From the NCBI GenBank assembly GCA_963732795.1, contig CAVTAV010000003.1:194674-258673 (forward strand): a stretch of DNA of 64,000 nucleotides. Reading direction: 5' to 3'. The notes under the pieces are model-generated. The model did no database searches. It worked only from the letters and a program-made list of their open reading frames with translations, and was not told the DNA's origin. Shown in pieces: positions 40,669 through 51,549 of this stretch. The position numbers and the translations under genes were made by a program. Each line of letters opens with the position of its first letter. Within the stretch, counting starts at the first letter, position 1. This DNA is from an uncultured Alphaproteobacteria bacterium. GTDB lineage: Bacteria > Pseudomonadota > Alphaproteobacteria > CAVTAV01.

Positions 40669-43600
40669 ATGGATGATCTTCTAAGCGAATTCGTCACCGA
40701 GACCGTCGAGAGCCTCGACGTGGCGAATGTCGAGCTCGTCAAGCTGGAGCGCGACCCGAACGACCACGACACCCTGAGCAATATCTTCCGTCTGGTCCAC
40801 ACCATCAAGGGAACCTGCGGGTTCCTCGGGCTGCCGCGCCTTCAAGCGATCGCCCATGCCGGCGAGAACGTGCTCGGCCTGTTCCGCGACGGGAAGCTCG
40901 AAGTCACCCAGGACGCCGTAACGCTTGTCCTGGAATGCCTCGACCGCATCCGTGCCATCGTCGACCATCTCGAGCGGACCTCGTCCGAGCCCGACGGCGA
41001 CGACGAGGATTTGATCGCCCAACTCGACCAGATCGCGAAAGGCGAGCGCGTGTCGGCCGCTCCCGAAGCGGTCGAAGAGGTCGAGATTTTCGAAAGCGAG
41101 ACGGTCGAGGAGCAGGCGCCCGTTCAGGTTCCCGTCGCTTCGACCGAAGACGGCGAGAGTCTGTTCAAGCAGATCGGCGGCCCCCTCGGCATCGACGCCG
41201 TGGTCGATCTTCTGTTCGAGCGGCTGGTCGGCGATCCGGTGTTCCGGCCGTTTTACGGCAAGGTCGATATCGCGGCTCTAAAGCTCAAATATGCGTCCTA
41301 TCTGACGGCTGCCTTGGGAGGTCCGCAGCGCTATACGGGCAAATCCCTGGCCAAAGCCCATGAAGGCGTGCGCGCGGGGGGCGTTCTCGCCGGCCATATG
41401 GAGGCGTTCCTGGACTATCTCCGCCAGGCCATGGACGATTTCGAAATCCCTGAGGACGTTGCGAATTCCGTCGTGACGGTCGTCGCCTCAACCCGCGAGG
41501 ATGTTCTCGGCTCGTCGACGACGACTGCGCCCAAGCCGAAGCCGGCGAAGATCGAAGCCGCGGCGCCGACGGAATCCCAGCCGAATGCGCCAGCGTCGAA
41601 GCCGGCCGATCCGCCCGTCCATCAGGAAACGGCGACGTCGGAATCCTCGGTCGCCAATCAGACGATCCGCGTGAACGTCGACGTTCTCGAAGACCTCATG
41701 ACCATGGTCAGCGAGATGGTGCTGACGCGGAACCAGCTTATGCAGATGGTCCGCCGGCTCGACGACAGCGAATTCAACGGCCCGCTGCAGCGTCTCAACC
41801 AATGCACCACCGAGCTGCAGGAAGCGGTCATGAAGACCCGCATGCAACCGATCGGCAATGCCTGGGCCAAGCTGCCCCGGATCGTCCGCGACCTCGGCCG
41901 CGATCTCGGCAAGAAGATCGAGCTGAAGATGCGCGGCGCCGAGACCGAGCTCGACCGCCAGGTCCTTGAGTTGATCAAGGATCCGCTGACCCATATGGTC
42001 CGCAACTCCGCCGATCACGGGTTGGAGACGGTCGAGGGTCGCCTGGAGGCCGGCAAGTCCGAGATGGGCTATATCCAGCTCAACGCATTCCACGAGGGTG
42101 GCCATATCATCATCGAGATCTCCGACGACGGCCGCGGCCTCGATATCGACCGGATCAAGAAGAAGATCATCGCCAACGGGCTTGTCGGCGAGGCCGAGGC
42201 CCAGGCGATGTCGGACCAGCAGGTCCAGCGCTACATTTTCCACGCGGGCCTCTCGACGGCCGAGGCTGTGACCAATGTTTCCGGCCGCGGCGTCGGCATG
42301 GATGTCGTCCGGACCAATATCGAGAAGATCGGCGGCACGATCGATCTCAAGTCCGAGCGCGGCAAGGGCACCAAATTCATGATCAAGATTCCGCTGACGC
42401 TCGCGATCGTCTCGGCCTTGATCGTCCAGAGCGGCGGTGAGCGCTTCGCGATCCCGCAGCTCAGCGTGGTCGAGCTCGTCCGCGCCGGCGGCACGTCGGG
42501 CAACAAGATCGAGCATGTCAACAAGACGCCGGTTCTGCGGCTCCGCGATCAGCTTCTGCCGCTGGTGCATCTGCGCGACGTTCTCGGCCTACCGCCCAAG
42601 CCGGCCGAGAGCCAAGCCGTCGAGCCCGCCGAAGCGGCGAATAACGGGGTGGTCACCGGCGGCCGTCAGCGCCGCAAGGGCGGCAACGAGGACTATGTGG
42701 TCGTCACCCAGGTCGGCAACTTCACCTATGGCATCGTGGTCGATCAGGTCTACGACACCGAGGAGATCGTGGTGAAGCCGGTCGCGCGGATCCTGCGGAA
42801 TCTCTCGATCTATTCCGGCAACACGATCCTCGGCGACGGCAGCGTCATCATGATCCTCGACCCGAACGGGATTGCCGCCAAGACGGGCGATATTCAAATC
42901 GGCAGTCGGGATACCGGCGACGACGCGGTCGCCAAGCGGTCCTCGCATCACGACGCGATGTCGCTCCTGGTGTTCAAGGTCGCCGAGCAGGCGCCCAAGG
43001 CCGTGCCGCTCGCTCTCGTTGCCCGGCTCGAGAATGTCGACGTCACGACGATCGAGCACACCGAGACCGGCGACTTCGTGCAGTATCGCGGCGGCCTGAT
43101 GCCCATTCTGCGCTACAGCGACAATGCGAGCCTCAAGACCGAAGGGCTGCAGCCGGTTCTGGTCTTTTCCGACGAGGATCAGACCATGGGACTTGCGGTC
43201 GACGAGATCATCGACGTCGTCGAGCAGTCCCTTTCCATCGAGATGGCGTCCTCGCGTCCCGGGCGTGCTCGGTACGGCGGTGATCGGCGGCCACGCCACC
43301 GAGGTGATCGACGTCTCCCATTTCCTTGCGAGGGCCTACCCGAACTGGTTCCGCAAGCAGAGCAGGGCGAGCGGACGCTCGGGCAAGGGCGCCAAGCTTC
43401 TGGTCGTCGACGACAGCTCGTTCTTCCGCGGTCTCCTGGAGCCGCTGCTCTCTCGCGCCGGCTACGAGGTCACGGCCGTTGCGAATGCCGAGGAGGCCCT
43501 GGACGTTCTCGAAAGTGGCGAGAGCTTCGATCTCATCGTCAGCGATATCGAGATGCCGGGCATGGATGGCTTCGATTTCGCCAGCCGGGTCAAGGGCGAC

Positions 43601-43768
43601 TCGCGCTGGCAATCGACGCCGATGGTCGCGCTCTCCTCCTATTCCGCGGAGCCCGACCTCGCGCGCGGAAAGTCGGTCGGTTACAGCGATTACGTCCCGA
43701 AATTCGATAGGGAGGCCCTGATGGTGTGCCTCTCCCGTGTGTTGTCCAGACATGAGGAAGCAGCATGA
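40669..43768 (+). CDS. cheA: Hybrid chemotaxis kinase CheA (Hpt - truncated globin - dimerisation - HATPase - 2xCheW - REC); frame break near 43262
   Basis: FRLVHTIKG, HMVRNSADHG, DDGRG, SGRGVGMDVV, IPLTLAI; REC domain VVDDS...SDIEMPGMDG in the second frame. Confidence 0.95.
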
Positions 43769-44260
43769 GTTTTGCGGCCCAGCATAACGAAGCGAACCAA
43801 AAAGGGGCGGATGGCGACGCCACGGCGCGAACCCTGGTGACGATGACCATCGCCAACCAGTTGCTGGGCATACCGGTCTCGGCCGTGCATGACGTGCTCG
43901 GGCCTCAAAAGCTGACGAGCATACCGCTTGCCCCGGACTCGGTGGCCGGCGCGCTCAATCTCCGCGGCCGGATCGTGACTGCGGTGGATGTGCGCAAGAG
44001 GCTCGGTCTCGAGGATCGCGCGGACGAGGACCCGGCGATGAGCGTCGTCGTCGAGCATGACGGCGAGCCCTACAGCCTGATCATCGACACGGTGGGCGAG
44101 GTGTCTGAGCATTCCCGAGGATCGGTTGGAGCGCAATCCGCCGACCCTCGATCCGCGTTGGCGCGCCGTGTCGGACGGAATCTTCAGGCTCGACGACCAG
44201 CTTCTCGTGGTGCTCGAGGTCGATCGGCTTTTGGAATTGGGCACGGAGCTTGCGGCATGA
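43765..44260 (+). CDS. cheW: Chemotaxis coupling protein CheW (frame break near 44105)
   Basis: IPLAP, GALNLRGRIVTAVD; the repaired end reads ...LLVVLEVDRLLELGTELAA. Confidence 0.92.
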
Positions 44261-44324
44261 GCGCGCGGGTGGATCACGTGATCGGAGTTTGTCGGATGTT
44301 GTGCCGAGGTTCGGAGTTCAAGTC

Positions 44325-44690
44325 ATGAAGTCATGTCTCGTTGTTGACGATTCCAAAGTCATAAGAAAAGTCGCTCGCCGAATCCTCGAAGAGCTCAACT
44401 TCGACATCGTCGAGGCTGAGGACGGTCAGCAGGCGCTGAACCGCTGCAAGGAGCGCATGCCGGACGTCGTGCTCCTGGACTGGAACATGCCGGTCATGGA
44501 CGGCCTGTCATTCCTCCGGCGGCTCAGGGGCACCGACGGCGGGGAAGCGCCCATCGTCGTCTTCTGCACCACCGAGAACGACATCGCGCATATTCGGGCC
44601 GCGCTTGAGGCCGGCGCGAACGAATACATTATGAAGCCCTTCGATCGCGACATCATAGAGGCGAAGTTCACGCAAGTCGGACTGATGTAG
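44325..44690 (+). CDS. cheY: Chemotaxis response regulator CheY
   Basis: MKSCLVVDDS, LLDWNMPVMDG, CTTEN, YIMKPFD. Confidence 0.93.
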   Translation: MKSCLVVDDSKVIRKVARRILEELNFDIVEAEDGQQALNRCKERMPDVVLLDWNMPVMDGLSFLRRLRGTDGGEAPIVVFCTTENDIAHIRAALEAGANEYIMKPFDRDIIEAKFTQVGLM

Positions 44691-45848
44691 ATGTCCTCTA
44701 ACAACGCGTTCTCAAAGGGGAAGCGTTACCGGACACCGGCCCGATAAGAGTGATGGTCGTCGACGATTCGGCGGTCATCCGGGGGCTGGTCCGGCAATGG
44801 CTCGAAGCCGATCCCGACATCGAGGTCGTCTTCACGGCGGCCAACGGCAAGACGGCCGTGGCCAATGTCGTGGAAAGCGGCGCCGAGGTGGTCATCCTCG
44901 ATATCGAGATGCCGATCATGGACGGCATGGCCGCCCTGCCGCTGCTGCTGAAGGCGGCGCCGGGCGTCAAGGTCCTGATCGCCTCGACCTTGACCGTCCG
45001 CAACGCCGAAATCAGCCTGACCGCGCTCTCACGCGGCGCGGCCGACTATATCCCGAAGCCCCAGGCCATCCGCGACGTCTCGGGCGCGCCCGAATTCCGC
45101 CGCGAAGTCCTGACCAAGGTCAAGGTCGCTGGGCGAGGCGCGCCGTCGGGCGCGGGCCAGCCAGACCGCGCGACTCGAGCGCAAGCCGACCGCCGCTCCG
45201 GTCGCTGCGCCGGCCCCTGCGATCCCCGGGAAAGCCAAGACTCCCTTGCGGGCGGTATCGCCGATCCGGCCGAACGTCGTTGCGATCGGCAGCTCGACGG
45301 GCGGCCCCCAGGCGTTGTTCAAGGTTCTGACGGCGCTGCCGACGAGCTTCGATCTGCCGGTGCTGATCACCCAGCACATGCCGGCGACCTTCACCGCCAT
45401 CCTGGCCGATCATCTCGGCCGCGCCTGCGGACGGCCGTGCCACGAAGTCGCGGGCGGCGAGGCCGTCACTAACGGCCATGTCTATGTCGCGCGGGGCGGC
45501 CATCACTTGGTGGTCGAGAAGCATGGTGCCGGCGTCGCCATTCGGCTCGACGACGGGCCGCTGGAGAATTTCTGCCGGCCGGCGGTCGATCCGATGCTGC
45601 GCAGCATTGCGGCGGTCTATGGCCCGGCCGCGCTCGGCGTCATCCTCACCGGGATGGGCAATGACGGGCTGAAGGGCGGCGAGACCCTGGTGAACGCCGG
45701 CGGCAATCTGATCGCCCAGGACGAGGCATCGAGCGTCGTCTGGGGGATGCCCGGCTCCGTCGCTAATGCGCATCTCTGCTGCGCCATCCTCAATATCGAA
45801 GAAATGGCGCCCGCGATCGCGCGCGTCGCTGCGGGAGCGAAGCTATGA
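44691..45848 (+). CDS. cheB: Chemotaxis methylesterase CheB (frame breaks; start approximate)
   Basis: REC domain plus GSSTGGP, TQHMP, RPAVD, LTGMGNDG, VVWGMPG. Confidence 0.93.
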
Positions 45849-46669
45849 AGCCGGCGGATTTCGAGCTGTTGAGCGGCATGCTCCGGTCCCGGTCGGGCCT
45901 CGTGCTCTCGAAGGACAAGGTCTATCTCCTGGAAACGCGCCTGATGCCGGTCGCGCGCAAACGGGGCCTGGAGAACGTCGAGGCGCTGGTCGAGGAGGTG
46001 CGCACCAAGAAGGAAGAGCCCCTGTTCCGTGACATCACCGAGGCGATGACCACGAACGAGACCTTCTTCTACCGCGACAACAAGCCGTTCGACACCTTCC
46101 GCGACGACATCCTGCCCCACCTCATTCAGGCCCGGGAGCAGCGCAAGACGATCCGTATCTGGTGCGCCGCCGCCTCGACGGGGCAGGAGCCTTATTCGCT
46201 CTGCATGATCCTGAAGGAAGCGGCCGCCAAGCTGAACGGCTGGCGCATCGAGATCATCGCGACCGATCTGTCGAGCGAGGTTTTGGAAAAGGCCAAGGTC
46301 GGGCTTTACTCCCAGTTCGAGGTCCAACGCGGCCTGCCGATCACCCATCTCGTCAAATACTTCAAGCAGGTCGGTGAGCTGTGGCAGATCGACGAATCGA
46401 TCCGCTCCATGGTGAGCTTCCGCGAGCTCAATCTGATGGACGATTTCTCGCGGCTCGGCATGTTCGACCTGATCATGTGCCGCAACGTGCTGATCTATTT
46501 CGACCAGGAGACCAAGAACAGCGTGCTCGAAAGGGTCGCCCAGGTCATGCCGTCCGACGGCCGCCTGATCCTCGGCGCGGCGGAGACCGTGATCGGCGTC
46601 TCCGACAAGTTCAAGCCGGTCCCCAACCAACGCGGCGTCTACGCGCTGGCCCAGCCGACCAAGCACTAG
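45845..46669 (+). CDS. cheR: Chemotaxis methyltransferase CheR
   Basis: TTNETFFYRD, IWCAAASTGQEPYS, CRNVLIYFD. Confidence 0.96.
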   Translation: MKPADFELLSGMLRSRSGLVLSKDKVYLLETRLMPVARKRGLENVEALVEEVRTKKEEPLFRDITEAMTTNETFFYRDNKPFDTFRDDILPHLIQAREQRKTIRIWCAAASTGQEPYSLCMILKEAAAKLNGWRIEIIATDLSSEVLEKAKVGLYSQFEVQRGLPITHLVKYFKQVGELWQIDESIRSMVSFRELNLMDDFSRLGMFDLIMCRNVLIYFDQETKNSVLERVAQVMPSDGRLILGAAETVIGVSDKFKPVPNQRGVYALAQPTKH

Positions 46670-46747
46670 CCGCCCCGCGGCTTGTCACCGCCGGGGCCGT
46701 GGGTTATTCGTCAATTCGCCGTTGAGTGCGTTGACCGGGGGACCCAT

Positions 46748-47650
46748 ATGAGCGTCATGGCCGAGGACATTGAGGATAGCGTCCGGACGATCGAGGCGGA
46801 GATCAACTATCTTCTGCCGGGTCCCGAGATCAACCGCCGTTTCGTCAGCGCCGGGGTCGAGGTGAACACCGGCAGTTACGGTCCCTTCAAGGTCAAGATC
46901 CGCGATGGCCGGGCGATCAAGCGGCATTTCACGCTCGATACCCACGGCTTCGTGCTCGCCGACATCCCGAGCGCCGTGACGGACTTCTACGACAAGGATG
47001 AGGTGGATCGCCTCTATATGGACGAGGTTGCCGCCGGCGTGAAGACGCTGACCGGCGCGGATTTCGTCGTGCCGATGGGCTGGATGGTGCGCAATTCAGG
47101 CGATATCTCGAAATATCAGAATAAGCAGGAGGGGCCCTATACCCATGCCGGCGGCGTCCAGCCTCCGGCGGGCGAGGCCCATATCGACACCGAGCCGAGC
47201 CGCGCCGACCGCCAGGCCCGTGCCCTATACGAGAAGTTCCGGCCGGACGGCCCCGGCTACAAGCGCTTCATCTATTCGAGCTTCTGGCGCTGCTTCTCCG
47301 AGCCGCCCCAGGACTGCCCGCTCGCCGTCTGCGACCACCGCAGCGTCGGCGACGACGAGGGCGTGCCGAACGTGCTCTATATCGTCGACAAGATCCCGGA
47401 GGGCGACGAAATGTTCGCCCCCATGCCCGACGCCGACCAGCCGGCCGCCGCAATCTTCCGTTACAATCCCGATCACCGCTGGTGGTACTTCTCCAACATG
47501 ACCCGCGACGAGGCCATCCTGATCAAGTTCCACGATTCCGACCACACCGTCGCCTGGCGCACGCCCCACACGGCCTTCTGGGACATGAGCTTCCCGAACT
47601 CCAAAACCCGCGCCAGCATCGAATGCCGCTCGTTGGCGTTTTTCGAATAA
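46748..47650 (+). CDS. CmcJ/NvfI/AsaB-like oxidoreductase
   Basis: FTLDTHGF, AHID, PLAVCD, HRWWYFSNMT, TPHTAF, RASIECR. Confidence 0.8.
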   Translation: MSVMAEDIEDSVRTIEAEINYLLPGPEINRRFVSAGVEVNTGSYGPFKVKIRDGRAIKRHFTLDTHGFVLADIPSAVTDFYDKDEVDRLYMDEVAAGVKTLTGADFVVPMGWMVRNSGDISKYQNKQEGPYTHAGGVQPPAGEAHIDTEPSRADRQARALYEKFRPDGPGYKRFIYSSFWRCFSEPPQDCPLAVCDHRSVGDDEGVPNVLYIVDKIPEGDEMFAPMPDADQPAAAIFRYNPDHRWWYFSNMTRDEAILIKFHDSDHTVAWRTPHTAFWDMSFPNSKTRASIECRSLAFFE

Positions 47651-47659
47651 CGCATCTCA

Positions 47660-47713
47660 CGTCATTCCCGCGAAAGCGGGAATCCAGGGGTCCCCGCCTT
47701 CGCGGGGACGACG
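47660..47713. repeat. REP/RIME-like palindromic element (two inverted units)
   Basis: CGTCATTCCCGCGAAAGCGGGAATCC ... GGTCCCCGCCTTCGCGGGGACGACG. Confidence 0.8.
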
Positions 47714-47728
47714 GCCCGCCAGATTAAA

Positions 47729-47764
47729 AGAAAAAGGCCATCCCGCGGGATGGCCTTTCTGTTT
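47729..47764 (-). terminator. Rho-independent terminator of ctrA (probably bidirectional)
   Basis: AAAGGCCATCCC-GC-GGGATGGCCTTT hairpin with a T-tract on the minus strand. Confidence 0.8.
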
Positions 47765-47832
47765 CGTCCGCTCCGATCGGGGGGCTGGGGTTGCAGCCAC
47801 CGGACCCCGCTTCAGGCGACGCTATCGAGGGC

Positions 47833-48552
47833 TCAGGCAGCCGCGCTTGATGCTTTCGGCTGGCTCTGGGTCTCTTCGACCGGGTCGCGCAAAACATAAC
47901 CGCGGCCCCAGACGGTCTCGATATAGTTCTGACCGTTGGTCGCCGCGGCGAGCTTCTTGCGTAATTTGCAGATAAAAACGTCGATGATTTTGAGTTCCGG
48001 CTCGTCCATGCCCCCATAGAGATGGTTGAGGAACATTTCCTTGGTGAGGGTCGTGCCCTTGCGCAAGGAGAGGAGCTCCAGCATCCCGTATTCCTTGCCG
48101 GTGAGATGGACCCGCTGCCCTTCGACCTCGACTGTCTTGGTGTCGAGATTGACGCTCAGCTTGCCGGTCCGGATCACCGATTGGGAATGACCCTTCGAGC
48201 GGCGGATGATGGCGTGGATGCGCGCGACCAGCTCGTCCTTGTGGAACGGCTTGGTCAGATAATCGTCGGCGCCGAAGCCCAGCCCCTTCACTTTGTTGTC
48301 GAGCTGACTCATGCCTGACAGGATCAGAGTGGGCGTGTCGACCTTGGAAAGACGAAGCTTCTTGAGAACGTCGTACCCGTGCATGTCGGGCAGGTTCAGA
48401 TCAAGAATAATGATGTCGTAATCATACAGCTTACCAAGATCCAGGCCTTCTTCACCGAGATCCGTACAATAGATATTGAAGCCTTCGGCAGCCAGCATGA
48501 GCTCGATGCTCTTGGCTGTCGCCGAATCGTCTTCAATCAACAGAACCCTCAT
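47833..48552 (-). CDS. ctrA: Cell-cycle master regulator CtrA
   Basis: [60 protein letters not shown]; ends in AA. Confidence 0.97.
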   Translation of the reverse strand: MRVLLIEDDSATAKSIELMLAAEGFNIYCTDLGEEGLDLGKLYDYDIIILDLNLPDMHGYDVLKKLRLSKVDTPTLILSGMSQLDNKVKGLGFGADDYLTKPFHKDELVARIHAIIRRSKGHSQSVIRTGKLSVNLDTKTVEVEGQRVHLTGKEYGMLELLSLRKGTTLTKEMFLNHLYGGMDEPELKIIDVFICKLRKKLAAATNGQNYIETVWGRGYVLRDPVEETQSQPKASSAAA

Positions 48553-48604
48553 TGGAAAGTTTCCCTCACGTTCACCAGGTACCGGCGGATTATAGGAAGC
48601 GCTT

Positions 48605-48705
48605 GGTTAATGACCATTAATTTTTAGAAGGTATTTCGTTAATTTTCCGTGACCAAAGAAAAGTTTTATCGGGCGGGATTTACGCACGGCTTTACAGAAC
48701 CTTAA
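48605..48705. promoter_or_regulatory. ctrA/fliI divergent promoter region with several TTAA half-sites
   Basis: GGTTAATGACCATTAA, GTTAATTTTCC and TTTACAGAACCTTAA in an AT-rich gap. Confidence 0.5.
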
Positions 48706-48802
48706 GCGCTTTCGGTCACCATAGCGTCAAACGGCGCTGCGTCGAATCTAGTAGACATTCCAGAGGCTTCGCGTCAAGCCCTTTAGTGGTCCGAGTTCTG
48801 AA

Positions 48803-50150
48803 TTGGACGCCATCCTTTCCGAAATTTCCCGATTGCCGACCCGATTGCGCTTCGGCCGGGTCTCCGGTGTGCAGGGCCTCCTGATCGAGGCCACGGGAAT
48901 CGACCGACTCTCCAGCGTCGGCGCGCGGGTGCGGATCGTCTCGCGCGACGGGGCGGATGTGCCGGCCGAAGTCGTCGGTTATCGGGGCGGACACGCGCTG
49001 CTGATGCCCTTTAAGTCTTTGGAAGGAATCGGGATCGGCTCCAAGACCTATATCGCGGAGGAAGATCCTTACGTTTATCCCTCCGCCGGATGGCTTGGCC
49101 GCGTGGTCAACGCGATGGGTGACCCGATCGACGGCAAGGGGCCGATCCCGCGCGGGCCCGAAGCCTATGCCCTCCGCGAACACGCCGCCCATGGCTCATA
49201 CCCGCCGCCGGGTCGGCGAGAAGCTCGATCTCGGTGTGAGGGCCCTAAATACGTTCCTCACGACCTGCAAGGGCCAGCGCATGGGCATCTTTTCCGGCTC
49301 CGGCGTCGGCAAGTCGATCCTGATGTCGATGCTGGCGCGGTTCACCGCCTCCGACGTCGCGGTGATCGGCCTGATCGGCGAGCGCGGCCGCGAGGTGCAG
49401 GAATTCATTCAGGATAGTTTGGGGCCGGAGGGCCTTGCCCGGAGCGTCGTGGTGGTCGCGACCTCGGACGAATCCGCCCTGATGCGCCGCCAGGCCGCCT
49501 ATATGACCCTGACCGCCGCCGAATTCTTCCGCGATCAGGGCTGCTCTGTGCTTTGCGTGATGGACAGCGTGACTCGCTTCGCCATGGCCCAGCGCGAGAT
49601 CGGTCTCTCGGGCGGCGAGCCGCCGGCCAGCAAAGGCTACACGCCGACCGTCTTCAGCGAATTGCCGAAGCTTCTCGAACGCGCCGGTCCGTCCAGCGGC
49701 GACGGTTCGATCACCGGCTTCTTCACGGTCCTGGTCGAAGGCGACGATCACAACGAGCCGATCGCCGACGCCGTGCGCGGCATTCTGGACGGCCATATCG
49801 TGTTGGAGCGCCGGATCGCCGAGCGGGGGCGCTTCCCCGCGATCAATATTCTCCGCAGCGTCTCGCGGACCATGCCGAACTGCAACTCGCCCCAGGAGAA
49901 CGAACTGGTCCAGGCGGCCCGCCGCCATCTCGCGAATTACGACTCCATGGAGGAGATGATCCGGCTCGGGGCCTACCGCAAAGGCTCCGACGCCGCGATC
50001 GACGAGGCGATCCATTACCATCCCGCGCTCGAAGCCTTCCTGGCCCAGGACCGTAACGACCACACCACGCTCGAGGACGGCTATGCCCGGCTCGAAGCGA
50101 TCCTAGCCAATCGGCCGGCGCCCGAGGGCGGGTCTCAGGGTAGACGATGA
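48803..50150 (+). CDS. fliI: Flagellar export ATPase FliI (frame break near 49180)
   Basis: [41 protein letters not shown]. Confidence 0.94.
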
Positions 50151-50563
50151 AGGGATTACCGAGCCTCGTCCGGCTCCATCGCTGGCAGCTCGAAGAGGAG
50201 CGCAAGATTTTGGCGCGGCTGCTTGCCGCCCGCCACGAGCTGGAAAGCCAGATAAAAACCGTCCGCAGCGGCGTTGCACGCGAGCGCAAGAACGCCACCG
50301 AAAATCTTGAATGGTCTTTTGCCTTCCCGCCCTACGCCGATGCCGCGCAGTTCCGCGTGGAGCAGATCAACAAGAAGATCGACGAGCTCGACGGGAGCAT
50401 CGGCGAGGCCGAGGAGCGGGTCTCGGCCGCCTTCAAGGAGCTCAAGAAATACGAAACCGCGCTCGAGAACCAGCTCGAACGCGAGCGCCTCGAGGCCGAG
50501 CGCAAAGAGCAGATCGTCCTCGACGAGATCGCCCTAAACGCCCACCGCCGCAAAGCCGGCTGA
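50147..50563 (+). CDS. fliJ: Flagellar export chaperone FliJ
   Basis: Coiled-coil 138 aa right after fliI, with FKELKKYE...EQIVLDEIA. Confidence 0.85.
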   Translation: MKGLPSLVRLHRWQLEEERKILARLLAARHELESQIKTVRSGVARERKNATENLEWSFAFPPYADAAQFRVEQINKKIDELDGSIGEAEERVSAAFKELKKYETALENQLERERLEAERKEQIVLDEIALNAHRRKAG

Positions 50564-50690
50564 TTCTATTTTCCTATAGAGAAACAAGGCGTTCGTGAGC
50601 TCCCGTTCCGCTCGTCTTTCCTTTGGGGAGAGGATGACAAGGAGGCGACGGTTCGCTACTTTTGGCGACACGCGAAGGGGAAGCTCGTTC

Positions 50691-51527
50691 ATGACTGTAT
50701 GCAAAGAGAATTGGGGGCGTTTTGCCGGCGCTGCTCTCGTGCTGTCGGCATTCGTGATGTCGTCGGCAGCGTCCGCCGAGACGTGGTCGGATTGGCGCTT
50801 CGACGCGGGCGTCGATCCCGCGACGAAGGCCTCGGCCGCAAAGGCTGAGGTCGTCATAAAGGGGACGAGTGATGCCGACCTCTATACCCTTGGCGTCTCC
50901 TGTACCGCCGGCAAAGTGGCCGTGTCGTTCCAATCGACCAGCCACCACTTCAAGACCGGTGCAACGGATGTGACCTGGAAGGCCGATCGAGGCAAGCAAC
51001 ACTCGAACGAGCCGTGGACGGTGCTCCAGGGCTCTGACAAGACCGTTTTTGCCGATGCCCCGCAGGAATTGATCAAGACGCTGATGCAGGGCTTCAAGCT
51101 CTTCTTTGGGGTCACGGATGAGGAAGGGAAGTCGCTCAATCTGGTCTTCCCGATTCCTGGCGCGAAGCAGTCCATCCTCTCGGCCCTATCGGAGTGCCAA
51201 GGGAAAAACGGCGTCGATTCCAAAGTCGTTCCGATCGAGCAGAACATAATGTATCTCCTCGTGCGGCCGGCCAAGCTCGACTACCCGGAGCGGGCCAAAA
51301 AGGAAGGCAAGGCCGGGACCGCAGATGTGTCCTATACGATCACGGCGGATGGCAAGACGGCCGATGCGAAGGTCGTCGCCGAAGATCCGGAAGGCTGGGG
51401 ATTTGGCGACGCGGCGCTCGATTGCGTCGAGAAGTGGCGCTACAAGCCGCAAGTCAAGGAAGGCAAGGAAGTCGCCCGCACCAACGTCCTGGCCCATCTC
51501 ACCTTCACGCCCGACAAGCCGAAATAG
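50691..51527 (+). CDS. Secreted protein with a C-terminal TonB_C domain
   Basis: Signal peptide ending ASA; YPERAKKEGKAG...ADGK...FGDAAL...WRYKP TonB C-terminal motif. Confidence 0.75.
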   Translation: MTVCKENWGRFAGAALVLSAFVMSSAASAETWSDWRFDAGVDPATKASAAKAEVVIKGTSDADLYTLGVSCTAGKVAVSFQSTSHHFKTGATDVTWKADRGKQHSNEPWTVLQGSDKTVFADAPQELIKTLMQGFKLFFGVTDEEGKSLNLVFPIPGAKQSILSALSECQGKNGVDSKVVPIEQNIMYLLVRPAKLDYPERAKKEGKAGTADVSYTITADGKTADAKVVAEDPEGWGFGDAALDCVEKWRYKPQVKEGKEVARTNVLAHLTFTPDKPK

Positions 51528-51549
51528 GCCGCACCACGGTTCGACGGAC

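Noticed and set aside
47660-47764. CRISPR array or insertion sequence
   Set aside because: Only one REP-like doublet and a terminator. No spaced repeat array, cas, transposase or integrase genes are seen anywhere in the window.
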